From Anaerohalosphaeraceae bacterium (GTDB lineage Bacteria; Planctomycetota; Phycisphaerae; Sedimentisphaerales; Anaerohalosphaeraceae): DNA of 64,000 nucleotides. Positions 10,161-20,119 of this stretch are shown here, in pieces. The notes beneath the pieces are model-generated. The model worked only from the letters and a program-made list of their open reading frames with translations. It was not told the origin of the DNA and did no database searches. The first letter of the stretch is position 1, and the number at the start of each line of letters is the position of its first letter. The DNA is taken from contig JBNRMN010000033.1 of assembly GCA_050309605.1 (NCBI GenBank), forward strand, positions 257,460 to 321,459, in the 5' to 3' direction. The position numbers and the translations under genes are program-made.

Positions 10161-11099
10161 ATGGCGAAACCACTGGATATCGAACCGATTGACCGTGTCC
10201 ATAGCGAACACTATCCGGCGGCGGTGCAGGCGTATTTTGCTCATTATGGACTGGAGTTGAACGGTTCGGCTTGCGAGCATCTGTTCGGGTCCTTTGCGTC
10301 GGGAGATTTTACGCTGGTCGGGCATCTGTATCGACCGGCGGTGTATCGGGCAACGGTGGTCTTGCTGCACGGGTATCTGAATCACAGCGGGCAGTTCAAA
10401 AATCTGATCGGTCATCTGCTCAGGCACGAAATGGCCGTGGGTGTGTTTGATCTGCCCGGACACGGGCACAGCAGCGGCCAGCGGGCGGCGATTGATTCGT
10501 TTGATCAGTATGCCCGGGCGACGACGGATTTTATGGCGGTGGTGCGCAGACGGCTTGCCGGGCCGTATCACACGGTGGGGTTCAGCCTGGGCGGGGCGAT
10601 TGCGATGGACCTGCTGCGGGCCGGTTCGTCGCCGTTTGACAAGACCGTGCTGGCGGCACCGCTGGTGCACTGGACGCAATACGAGCAATCCAAAAAAACC
10701 TACACAATCTATAGCACCTTTACCGACCAGATCAAGCGGTTTCATCAACGCAACACCTCCGACCGCCAATACCTGGTGTTTAACCGCAGGCAGGATTATC
10801 TGCATTGCAGTTCGATTTCACTGAAATGGGTCAAGGCGTTGTTCGACTGGAACGAGCGGATCGCGGCGATGGGGTCGTGCGAGACGCCGCTGCGGGTGAT
10901 TCAGGGCGACAAAGACCGGACGGTGGACTGGCGGTACAATTTGAATCTGATTCGCGACAAATTCCCCCATGGGCACATCGACCTCATCGCCGGCGCGCGT
11001 CACGAGCTGTTTAACGAAGCCGATCCATTCCGCGCCGCCGCGTTGAACCATACAGTGGATTATTTAACGACTTCTATCCAACATTCGATGGAGGATTGA
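10161..11099 (+). CDS. Alpha/beta hydrolase (lysophospholipase/Hydrolase_4-like)
   Basis: LLHGYLNH, FDLPGHG, GFSLGG nucleophile elbow, QGDKDRTVD, ARHELFNE. Start uncertain (ORF is open from 10062). Confidence 0.88.
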   Translation: MAKPLDIEPIDRVHSEHYPAAVQAYFAHYGLELNGSACEHLFGSFASGDFTLVGHLYRPAVYRATVVLLHGYLNHSGQFKNLIGHLLRHEMAVGVFDLPGHGHSSGQRAAIDSFDQYARATTDFMAVVRRRLAGPYHTVGFSLGGAIAMDLLRAGSSPFDKTVLAAPLVHWTQYEQSKKTYTIYSTFTDQIKRFHQRNTSDRQYLVFNRRQDYLHCSSISLKWVKALFDWNERIAAMGSCETPLRVIQGDKDRTVDWRYNLNLIRDKFPHGHIDLIAGARHELFNEADPFRAAALNHTVDYLTTSIQHSMED

Positions 11100-11101
11100 T
11101 A

Positions 11102-12205
11102 ATGACGATTCGACATTCAGCAAAAGGCTCCTGGGGGGTTCGGTTTTTTATTGGACTGCTGGGGGTTATCCTTGGGGTGCTGTTGTTTTGGCTGCTCAGT
11201 TTTATCGAGAACGACATCGGGCGCATCAAGCAGCCGGATCGGTTTCAAGTCCGCCGGCAGTATGTCAGCGAGACGCTGGACGATGAATTGGCGGTGCTGA
11301 AAAAGCAGATCGATACGCTCAATCGCCGCATTCAGACGCTGACCGAACAGCAGCGGCTGCTCAGCGGCAGCACGAGCAGTCTTCAGAACACGATTTCACA
11401 GCTCTTGTCAATTCAAAAAGAAAGCCTGGCTCGAAATGTGGAGTTTTCCGAGAAGAGCAAGCAGACCCTGCAGGATAGTCAGGCCGCGTTTTTGGACAAT
11501 CAGGAAAAATTCCAGCAGCTCAATCGTGAGATTTCGGATTTAACAAGCGAGCTGCGCGGCAAGGAAGACGCGAGGGATTCGATTGCTGAACAGATTCGTC
11601 TGGCCGAGTCTGCCGCCAACGAAGCATTTCAAACACTGTATCGGCGATACCAGTTTCGGGTTGCGGCACTGAAGCTGGCGTTTTTGGTGCCGGTCTTTCT
11701 GGCGGCGTCTTTTCTGTTTCTCAAGTATCGCAGCGGTCCGTATTGGGCGCTGGTATGGGCGGCGATGCTGGCGTCGTTTATCAAGCTGGCGCTGGTGGCG
11801 CATCGGTATTTTCCCAGCGAGTACTTTAAGTACATTGCGCTGCTGGCGGTAATCGCTATCGTATTGCGGTTTCTGGTGGTTTTGGTTCGAATGATCATCG
11901 CTCCGAAGCCCGCCCTGCTGATTCGGCAGTATCAACAGCATTACGACAAGTGTTTGTGTCCGGTGTGCAGCAAGCCGATCCGCAGCGGGCCGCTGCGTTT
12001 TATCGGCGCGCTGGGTAAACGAACGCCGCTGTTAAGCGGGCAAGCCGATCCAGCGCTGTCGCAACAGCCGTATAGCTGTCCGTCATGCGGGACGCGGCTT
12101 TATGAGAAATGCCAAGAGTGCGGCCGGATACGTCATTCGCTGCTGCCGTACTGTGAACACTGCGGCGATAATAAAAACCCTGAGACGATACATTCAAACG
12201 AGTAG
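11102..12205 (+). CDS. Membrane protein with coiled coil and C-terminal multi-CxxC zinc ribbon
   Basis: N-terminal TM, long heptad region, 3 TMs, CPVC/CPSC/CQEC/CEHC. Confidence 0.7.
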   Translation: MTIRHSAKGSWGVRFFIGLLGVILGVLLFWLLSFIENDIGRIKQPDRFQVRRQYVSETLDDELAVLKKQIDTLNRRIQTLTEQQRLLSGSTSSLQNTISQLLSIQKESLARNVEFSEKSKQTLQDSQAAFLDNQEKFQQLNREISDLTSELRGKEDARDSIAEQIRLAESAANEAFQTLYRRYQFRVAALKLAFLVPVFLAASFLFLKYRSGPYWALVWAAMLASFIKLALVAHRYFPSEYFKYIALLAVIAIVLRFLVVLVRMIIAPKPALLIRQYQQHYDKCLCPVCSKPIRSGPLRFIGALGKRTPLLSGQADPALSQQPYSCPSCGTRLYEKCQECGRIRHSLLPYCEHCGDNKNPETIHSNE

Positions 12206-12210
12206 GTGTT

Positions 12211-15200
12211 ATGAGATTGAATCCTCGAACCAGTTCATCGTTTCGCTGGCACAACGCGACCCAGTTTTTGGGGGCGCTGAATGACAATATGTTTCGCTGG
12301 CTGACGGTATTTTTTCTGATCGGTCTGCTGGGCGAGAACCAGGCGTCAAAAATCACTTCGTGGACGGGGTTTGTGTTTGTGCTGCCGTTTTTGCTGTTTA
12401 CCGCGCCGGCCGGTGTGCTGGCGGACCGGTTCAGCAAACGTGATATTATTGTTCTGGCCAAGCTGGCCGAGCTGGCGGTGATGCTGCTGGCGCTGGCGGC
12501 GTTCTATTTCAACAGCATTGCCGGGGTCTATGCGGTGCTGTTTTTGATGTGTACGCAAAGTGCGTTTTTCGGGCCGTGCAAGTACGGGATTATTCCCGAA
12601 CTGGTGGCTTCGGACAAGGTCTCGCGTGCGAACAGTTTTCTAGAAGGACTGACGTATCTGTCGATTGTGGTTGGTACGGCGGTTACGCCGTGGCTGGTGG
12701 AACGGGTGCGTCCGGCGTTTGTGTTGGCGGGGCTGGTCTGTGTCGCGGCGGCCGTTGCGGGGGTGGCATCGAGTCTGAAGATCGGACGGACGCCGCCTCG
12801 CGAAACCGGCGAGCGGATGTCGCTGTTTTTTGTCAGGGATATTTGGCATGCGCTGCGGCAGGTCCGGCAGGACCGCTATTTGATTTTGGCGATTCTGGCG
12901 GCGGCCTATTTCCTGCTGGTGGGCGGGTTTGCCCAGATGAGCCTGATTCCCTACGGGATCCAGACGCTGGGCCTGACCGATACGCAAAGCGGGTATCTGT
13001 TCTTTATCGCGGCGGTGGGTATCGGCGTCGGGTCGTATCTGGCCGGTCGAATTTCCGGGCGGTCGGTTGAGGTCGGCATTATTCCCGTCGGGGCGCTGGG
13101 GATGGCGCTTATGTCCATCGGGCTGGGTCTGGCTCGGTTTGTGCTGTCCGCGACGCCGGGATGGGGGCTGATTCCGATTGTGGTGATGGTGGCGGTATTC
13201 GGGATTAGCTGCGGGCTGTTCATTGTGCCGGTCAATGCGTTTATTCAGCTTCGCTGTCCGGACGCCGTGCGCGGTCGGGTGATTGCGGCTTCGAAGCTGA
13301 TCGGCTGGGTCGGTGTGTTGGCGGCCTCCGGCGTGGTGATGCTGTTTTGCGGCGTGCTGGGCGTCTCGGCGGCGACGATGTTTGTGGTGATGGGGTTGGT
13401 GACGCTGGCGATGGCGGTGTACGCGATGCTGCGTCTGCCGGATTTTTTGATGCGGGCACTGCTGGTGATTTTGGCGCGGGTGCTGTACCGCATCCGGATG
13501 GTTGGTGTGGAGCATGTGCCGACTCAAGGCGGGGCGCTGATAGTATCCAATCATGTCTCATGGGTCGATCCGTTTGTGCTGCTGGCCACGCAGCAGCGGC
13601 GGATTCGATTCCTGATCGACCGCACATTGTACCATCAACTGTGGTGGGCCAAGTGGCTGTTTCGACTGGGGCAGTTGATTCCGGTCAGTGCGAAGGATTC
13701 GCCCAAGAAGATTGTCGCCTCGCTGCGCGATGCCCGGCAGGCGCTGGATGAGGGGTATTTGGTGTGCATTTTTGCAGAGGGGGCGGTTACGCGCAATGGG
13801 ATGATGGCGCGTTTTCGGGCCGGATTTGAGAAGGTCGCCCGCGGGACGGGCCATCCGATAATACCGGCGTATCTGGGCGGTCTGTGGGGCAGTGTGCTCA
13901 GTTATTACAGCGGCCGTCTGTTGGGGCGGTGTCCCTGGCCGCCGCGGCGAAAGGTGGGGGTGTATTTCGGCAAACCAATGGATTCGAACGCCTCGTCGGT
14001 CGCGATCCGTCGGGCGATTGAGGAACTCTCGGCGGCGTATTATACGGACATCAGGCCCGCCCATGAAACGCTGGGGCAGATGTTTGTGCGGTCGGCGCGG
14101 CGGCACTGGCTGCGGCCGTTCGCCTCGGATACGACGGGCAAGCGGGTTTCGTTCGGCAAGGCGCTGATCGGGACGACGGCGCTGGCCGACAAGCTCGAAC
14201 CGATGACACAAGGGCAGGATCGTATTGGGATATTCCTGCCGCCGACGGTCGGCGGGGCGCTGGCCAACACCGCTGCGGTGCTGCTGAACAAGACGGCGGT
14301 GAATCTGTCGTATGCCGTCTCGGCCGAGGATCGGCGGTATATGATCGAAGCGGCGGAATTGAAGACCGTGCTGAGCAGTCGGGCGTTTCTGGAGAAGCTG
14401 CAAATGACGCCCGATGCGCTGCCGGAGGCGGTGTTTTTGGAAGATATTATGCCGACGATCAGCGGGGCCGACAAACGGCGCGCCTTGATCAAGGCGCTGT
14501 TCTGTCCGGCACGGCAACTGGCGCGGGCGCAGCGGGCGTGCAGTGATGAGACGGCGGTGATTTTGTTTTCGTCGGGCAGTTCGGGACGGCCCAAAGGCGT
14601 CGAATTGACGCATTCCAACATGCTGTCCAATCTGGAGATGGTGCTGACGGGCTTTCGGGTGTATCGCAGCGACAAGCTGTGTGCCGTGCTGCCGCTGTTT
14701 CATTCATTCGGGCTGACCTGTACGGTCTGGCTGCCGATTTATGTGGGGGTGCCGGTCAGCTATGTGCCCAATCCGCTAGACGGCAAGCTGGTCGGCCAAG
14801 CGGTGCGCAATGAACGCTGCACGCTGCTGTTTGCCACACCGACGTTTTTGCTGAATTATCTGCGGCGCTGCGAGAAGGACGACTTTGCGACGCTGCGGTA
14901 TGTGGTGGCCGGGGCGGAAAAACTGAAGGTCGCACTGATTGACGCTTTTGAGCAGAAATTTGGTCTTCGCCCGTGCGAGGGATACGGCGCGACGGAATTG
15001 TCGCCGCTGGTGGCACTGAACGTGCCGGATGTGCAGCTCGGCGGGGTATATCAGATCGGTACCAAAGAAGGCACGGTCGGCCACGGGATTCCGGGCCTGG
15101 CACTGCGGGTGGCGGATCCGGAAACGGGCGAGCTGCTGGATTACAATGAGCCGGGCGTGCTGTGGGTCAAGGGGCCGAATGTGATGAAAGGCTACCTGAA

Positions 15201-15630
15201 CCAGCCTGACAAGACCGCTCAGGTGCTGCGTGTCGGGTGGTACAATACGGGCGATATTGTCACGGTCGATGAAGACGGCTTTATTGCGATTCGCGACCGG
15301 CTGAGTCGCTTCAGCAAGATCGGCGGCGAGATGGTGCCGCATATGACGATTGAAGAGGTGGCCCTGCAGGGACTGGGCACGCATGAACCGGTTGTGGCGG
15401 TGACCAGTGTGCCCGATGAGAAAAAAGGGGAACAGCTTGTGCTGCTGTATGAAGCCGACAAAGCGGATGCGGATATGCTGTACGCGGCGCTGGCCGAGAG
15501 CAGTCTGCCCAAACTGTACATTCCCAAACGTGAAAACATCATCGCCGTTGAGAGTATTCCGCATCTGGGTTCGGGCAAACTGGATATGATGCGGCTGCGG
15601 CAAATGGCAATAGAACGATTGGGTGAATAG
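12211..15630 (+). CDS. aas: MFS (LplT-like) / acyltransferase / acyl-ACP synthetase fusion
   Basis: N-terminal TQFLGALNDN MFS region, NHVSWVD PlsC motif, FSSGSSGRPKG AMP-binding loop, EGYGATE, RFSKIGGEM. Confidence 0.9.
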   Translation: MRLNPRTSSSFRWHNATQFLGALNDNMFRWLTVFFLIGLLGENQASKITSWTGFVFVLPFLLFTAPAGVLADRFSKRDIIVLAKLAELAVMLLALAAFYFNSIAGVYAVLFLMCTQSAFFGPCKYGIIPELVASDKVSRANSFLEGLTYLSIVVGTAVTPWLVERVRPAFVLAGLVCVAAAVAGVASSLKIGRTPPRETGERMSLFFVRDIWHALRQVRQDRYLILAILAAAYFLLVGGFAQMSLIPYGIQTLGLTDTQSGYLFFIAAVGIGVGSYLAGRISGRSVEVGIIPVGALGMALMSIGLGLARFVLSATPGWGLIPIVVMVAVFGISCGLFIVPVNAFIQLRCPDAVRGRVIAASKLIGWVGVLAASGVVMLFCGVLGVSAATMFVVMGLVTLAMAVYAMLRLPDFLMRALLVILARVLYRIRMVGVEHVPTQGGALIVSNHVSWVDPFVLLATQQRRIRFLIDRTLYHQLWWAKWLFRLGQLIPVSAKDSPKKIVASLRDARQALDEGYLVCIFAEGAVTRNGMMARFRAGFEKVARGTGHPIIPAYLGGLWGSVLSYYSGRLLGRCPWPPRRKVGVYFGKPMDSNASSVAIRRAIEELSAAYYTDIRPAHETLGQMFVRSARRHWLRPFASDTTGKRVSFGKALIGTTALADKLEPMTQGQDRIGIFLPPTVGGALANTAAVLLNKTAVNLSYAVSAEDRRYMIEAAELKTVLSSRAFLEKLQMTPDALPEAVFLEDIMPTISGADKRRALIKALFCPARQLARAQRACSDETAVILFSSGSSGRPKGVELTHSNMLSNLEMVLTGFRVYRSDKLCAVLPLFHSFGLTCTVWLPIYVGVPVSYVPNPLDGKLVGQAVRNERCTLLFATPTFLLNYLRRCEKDDFATLRYVVAGAEKLKVALIDAFEQKFGLRPCEGYGATELSPLVALNVPDVQLGGVYQIGTKEGTVGHGIPGLALRVADPETGELLDYNEPGVLWVKGPNVMKGYLNQPDKTAQVLRVGWYNTGDIVTVDEDGFIAIRDRLSRFSKIGGEMVPHMTIEEVALQGLGTHEPVVAVTSVPDEKKGEQLVLLYEADKADADMLYAALAESSLPKLYIPKRENIIAVESIPHLGSGKLDMMRLRQMAIERLGE

Positions 15631-15730
15631 TTTTTAGTTCGTAGTTCTTAGTTTTTGGTTTCGTGTTTTGATTTTTTGTTGAAATTGTGTTTGGTTTTTT
15701 CAACGTCGATCATATGGGAGGATAAAGACA

Positions 15731-18700
15731 ATGGAGTGGGTCGGATTGTTGATTATACTGGCGTTGGGGGTGCTGGTCTCGGGGCCGCTTGCGTTGGTGT
15801 TGGTGCTGACGCTTTATGGCCGGATTCAGAAGCTTGAGGACAAGCTGCGATGGCAGTCCCAGCCGGCTCGACTGCCTGGGCCGGTGCCGGAGCCAACGCC
15901 GGGGCCGCCGGCGCCTGAGTCGCCGCGGCCTGAGATGACGCCGACACCCCAGACACCCCAGACACCTCAGATGCCCAAGTCGCCGTCGGAGCCGGCCGCG
16001 TCGTATTGGCCGGTCAAAACCGATGCACCGTCTGCGCCGAGCCACACACCGCCGCGTCCGCCGGCCGCTTCGAAAATGCCCGCTGCGCCGGCGGCGCCCC
16101 GTGTTGGTGCGTCGGTCTTATCGCCACGCAAGACCAGGCCTGGTCAAGCCGTCCTGGAACAAAAACTCGGCACGACCGTCGCCCTGATCGCGGGGATCAT
16201 CACCGTGATTGTTGGGGTGGGGTTCTTTCTGAAGTATGTCTATGAGAACGCCTGGTTTGGGCCGGTCGCGCGGGTGTGTCTGGTCGCGGCGGGCGGATTG
16301 ATTGCGATGGTCGTCGGCGAAGTCACACGCCGACGGGGCTATGAGATCGTCGCCAAGGGCACGACGGCGCTGGGTTTTGCGCTGCTGTACGCGGCGGTAT
16401 TCAGCGCCAGTCGGGTGTATATGCTGATTGAAACCAACACGGCGTTTGTGCTGGCGATGGCCATTACCGCTGGCGCGATGGGTTATGCCGTCGTGCTCAA
16501 TGAGGTGGTCATTGCCTTTTTGTCGCTGCTGGGCGGCTATCTCAGTCCGTTTGTGATCTCCACGGGTCAAAATCTGGCCATTCCGCTGTTTTCCTATCTG
16601 CTGGCGCTGGGCATTGGTGCGATGGGCTGCGCGATGTTTCGCCGGTGGCGTGCGGTCAACTGGATGGCGACGGCCGGCACGTATGTGCTGTTTACCGGCT
16701 GGTTTGAAACCTTTTATACGCCGGCGCAGTTGGCGATGACGCTGTCGTGGCTGGGGGTGTTCGGCGGATTGTTTTTGCTGGCGCCGCTCATCTATGGCCT
16801 GGTGCGTCAGGTCGCCTTGCGGGCCGAGGATGTCGGGCTGGTCGCGGCCAACAGCGTGGCGGTGTTTTATTATTTGTGGCGGATGCTGCATGCCGAGCAC
16901 CCGCAGGCCCAGGCCATGGCCGCGGCGGTGGTCGGCGGGGTGCATCTGGCTTTGGCTGCGGCGGTGCATTTTCGCTGTCGGCAGGATCGGCGGCTGATTG
17001 CGGCGCTGGGTGTTTTGGGCACGGCGTTTTTAACTGCGGCGATTCCGCTGTATTTTGCCGCGCTGAATCCGACGCTTTTGAGCTGGGCGGTCGAGGCGGC
17101 GGCGCTGACCTTCATCGGCATTCGCTATCGCAGCCGCTGGACCAAGGTGATGGCGTTTATCGTCTCGGCGATTGCGACGGCGGGGCTGTTTTATCATTTG
17201 CCGCTGCATTCGGATCCGGCGTTTCGATTCGTCTTCAATGCATCGTTCGGCACGTGGATGTTTGTTGCCGCAGGCGTGCTGGTCTGTCATGTTCTGTGGC
17301 GGCTGATGGCCGAGGCGCAGGATGACGAAGGACGGTTTGCGTCGCAGGTGTATTACATCGCGGCCCTGCTGCTGGCGGCGGCGGGGTGCGCGCTGGAGTG
17401 GCTGGCGCATTGTGATTTTCACATTCAGGGCGCCGATCAGGGGCAATCGGCGTTTTTGCAGGGGATGATGGTTATCGCCGCCCTGCTGACGGCCGGTTTG
17501 CTGGCTCGTCCGTGCCGTCCGCGGGGTGATTTGGTGCGATGGGCCGGTGTGCTGGCGACGGTGGTCGGCTCGGTGTTCACGGCGCTGGCGATGATGGGCG
17601 TGTATCATGCGGCGTTTCGATTGTTCATCAACGGGCCGTTTGCGCTGGCGTGCGGCTATGCGGCGGTGGTGCTGGCCGGGGCGTGGCGGATGCGGACAAC
17701 CGATGCGCCGGGGGTGCAGCGGGAGCAGATGACCGCGGCGCTGGGGGTGTCCGGTATAGCGCTGGTCTTTGTGCTGCTGGGTGAGCAGGGCTATTGGTAC
17801 TGGTATTGCCGCAACGCTTACGTTCAGCCGCTGGCGACGTGGCAAGCCGCGGCGGCTCAGACCGCGGCGATGGGCTGGGCGGTCTATGGGCTGGTGCTGC
17901 TGGCGGTCGGGCTGCGTTTTGATAAAATGCTGTTAAAGGCTCCGGCCGTCATGGCCTCGGCGGCCTCGGCGGCGGCGCTGCTGTGGGCCTTGCCGCTGCA
18001 TACGAGCGGCGATTTTCGGCTGATGCTCAACCTACCGTTTACGGCGTGGGTTACGGTTGCGGCGGCGCTGCTGGTCGGGCAGGGTTTGTGGCGGATGATT
18101 CGCATTGCCGACGCGAAAGAAGGCCGTCTGATGGCGCAGGTGTATTACGCTGCGGCGATATTTTTGGCGGCGCTGGGCTGGGCGATGGAGTGGTTCGCGC
18201 ATTGCCGATGGCACATTGCCGAGCCTCGCGTAGGGGACGCGGCCTTTGCGCTGGGGATGCTGGTGCTGCTGGCGGGTGTGGTGCTGGTGCTGCTGGCGCG
18301 GCCGCCGGCGCCCAAGGGGGACTTGGTGCGGGCGTTGGGCGTGCTTGCGGCTATGGGCGGGGCGGTGTTTACGGCACTGGCGATGAAGGATGTGCATACA
18401 CAGGCGTTTGTGATGTTTTTCAATGTGCCGTTTGCGATTGTGGCTTTGTATGTTGCGGCGATGATGGCCGGGGCGTATCTGGTGCGCCAAACCGCCGGCG
18501 ACGATCCGGCGTGGCGGCAGGCGCCCGCGGTGCTGGTGCTGTCGGCGCTGGTGCTGGTCTGGATTGTATTGAGTCAGGAGGTGTATTATTATTGGTCCTG
18601 TCGCAATGCTTATGCCGGGCCGGTGGACAACTGGCGGTTTTCGGCGCAGATGGCGATCTCGGTAACGTGGGCGATTTATGCCGCGGTGCTGGTGGTTGGC

Positions 18701-18970
18701 GGGTTTGTGTTTCGTGCGCGCGGCGTGCGCTATTTGTCGCTGCTGATTTTCGCCGTGCTGCTGGGCAAGATTTTCCTCAAAGACACCGTTACGCTGCGGA
18801 TTGAATACCGCATCGCCGCGTTTTTGACGACGGGACTGATTCTGGTCGGCGTGTCGTTTGTGTATCAGTATCTCAAGAAGAAGGGATTTTTTGAGGAACT
18901 GGGGATTTCGGAATCCGAACACTCGGCGATTCAGGACCCCAGGGAACATCACGAGGAATCAAAGCCGTGA
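15731..18970 (+). CDS. DUF2339-like large integral membrane protein
   Basis: N-terminal TM, Pro-rich linker, LEQKLG...GVGFFLKY motif, many TMs, C-terminal KIFLKD...RIAAF motif; internal duplication. Confidence 0.8.
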   Translation: MEWVGLLIILALGVLVSGPLALVLVLTLYGRIQKLEDKLRWQSQPARLPGPVPEPTPGPPAPESPRPEMTPTPQTPQTPQMPKSPSEPAASYWPVKTDAPSAPSHTPPRPPAASKMPAAPAAPRVGASVLSPRKTRPGQAVLEQKLGTTVALIAGIITVIVGVGFFLKYVYENAWFGPVARVCLVAAGGLIAMVVGEVTRRRGYEIVAKGTTALGFALLYAAVFSASRVYMLIETNTAFVLAMAITAGAMGYAVVLNEVVIAFLSLLGGYLSPFVISTGQNLAIPLFSYLLALGIGAMGCAMFRRWRAVNWMATAGTYVLFTGWFETFYTPAQLAMTLSWLGVFGGLFLLAPLIYGLVRQVALRAEDVGLVAANSVAVFYYLWRMLHAEHPQAQAMAAAVVGGVHLALAAAVHFRCRQDRRLIAALGVLGTAFLTAAIPLYFAALNPTLLSWAVEAAALTFIGIRYRSRWTKVMAFIVSAIATAGLFYHLPLHSDPAFRFVFNASFGTWMFVAAGVLVCHVLWRLMAEAQDDEGRFASQVYYIAALLLAAAGCALEWLAHCDFHIQGADQGQSAFLQGMMVIAALLTAGLLARPCRPRGDLVRWAGVLATVVGSVFTALAMMGVYHAAFRLFINGPFALACGYAAVVLAGAWRMRTTDAPGVQREQMTAALGVSGIALVFVLLGEQGYWYWYCRNAYVQPLATWQAAAAQTAAMGWAVYGLVLLAVGLRFDKMLLKAPAVMASAASAAALLWALPLHTSGDFRLMLNLPFTAWVTVAAALLVGQGLWRMIRIADAKEGRLMAQVYYAAAIFLAALGWAMEWFAHCRWHIAEPRVGDAAFALGMLVLLAGVVLVLLARPPAPKGDLVRALGVLAAMGGAVFTALAMKDVHTQAFVMFFNVPFAIVALYVAAMMAGAYLVRQTAGDDPAWRQAPAVLVLSALVLVWIVLSQEVYYYWSCRNAYAGPVDNWRFSAQMAISVTWAIYAAVLVVGGFVFRARGVRYLSLLIFAVLLGKIFLKDTVTLRIEYRIAAFLTTGLILVGVSFVYQYLKKKGFFEELGISESEHSAIQDPREHHEESKP

Positions 18971-19971
18971 GACGATTATCGTTATTATTTTTGTTGGTCA
19001 TAAGCGGTCTCGGTGCGGCCGGCGATATCGACCTGCGCGAAGGGACGGTGCAGTGGATGGAGAGGGTCGGCCTGGAGCACCTGCTGCGGGCGCCGGTGCG
19101 GGTGCAGTGTGCCTCAGACCAGCCGACGGCGATTGTGGATGAGGGGGTGTTTTTTGTGCAGCACACGATTTTGACGCCGGCGGTCGGGGCCGAGCCGAAT
19201 GTGGTGGTGCAGGGGCTGGATTTGCTGAACCCCGGAGCCGATAAACTGGTCGTCGCGGTGCACGGCTGGCTGGACAAGGCCCAGGACGGCGGCTGGCCGG
19301 GGCGGATGGCGGCGGCGATTTACGAGCGGACCGACCCGAACGAGTGGGTGTGTGCGTCGTTTGACTGGCGCGGCGTGGCGCGGGTGGTCAGTTCCATACA
19401 GGCCGCCGAGTACGCCCGTGATGTGGCCGGGCCGCGGCTGGCGGCGGGTATTATGGCGATGGAAAAGACATTTTCGCATATTCATCTGATCGGGCACTCG
19501 GCCGGGGCGTGGGCGATTCATTCGGCCGCACGACGGCTGGCCGAGCGGTATCCGGACGCGGCGTTTCACCTGACGTTTCTGGATGCGTATGTGCCCAGCC
19601 TGTGGGAACCGGACGAGCTGGGGGTGATTTTTCTGCAGCGAGAGCGATTCCGAACGCATTACTGGGCCGAGCATTATTATGTACGCGATGTGACACGCAA
19701 GGTGACGGCGATTGATTTGGCCAAAGCGCACAATGTGGATATCACCGCCGCTGCGCCGTGGATTGCCGACCATGAATTTCCGTATCGGTGGTATCTGGCG
19801 ACGATTACCGGGGCGTATGGGCGATGGGATGAGCGGCGGGCAAAGGTCGCCTGTCAGATCGGCGATACGGTCTATGGCTTTGAACGCAGTCTTGAAGCCG
19901 GCCGGCCCCACTGGCACGCCAGCCGCACATTGGAAACAGGCGCCCCGGCGAGGGTGCTGAAGAAAAAGTGA
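18967..19971 (+). CDS. Secreted lipase-like alpha/beta hydrolase
   Basis: Signal peptide, VHGW, HLIGHSAG, LTFLDAY; start overlaps upstream stop (GTGA). Confidence 0.7.
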   Translation: MRRLSLLFLLVISGLGAAGDIDLREGTVQWMERVGLEHLLRAPVRVQCASDQPTAIVDEGVFFVQHTILTPAVGAEPNVVVQGLDLLNPGADKLVVAVHGWLDKAQDGGWPGRMAAAIYERTDPNEWVCASFDWRGVARVVSSIQAAEYARDVAGPRLAAGIMAMEKTFSHIHLIGHSAGAWAIHSAARRLAERYPDAAFHLTFLDAYVPSLWEPDELGVIFLQRERFRTHYWAEHYYVRDVTRKVTAIDLAKAHNVDITAAAPWIADHEFPYRWYLATITGAYGRWDERRAKVACQIGDTVYGFERSLEAGRPHWHASRTLETGAPARVLKKK

Positions 19972-20119
19972 CTCCTCAACAGAATTTGTGGGGAGATAAC
20001 AGATGAACGGTGTGTGTGTATTTTGTGCTGCAGCTTCTTCGATGCGGCGGCGGGTGGCATCTTCAAGCCTTTGGCTTGTGGGTGCCGGGCAGCGAAATCG
20101 ATTAACGGGAAGGGATGAT

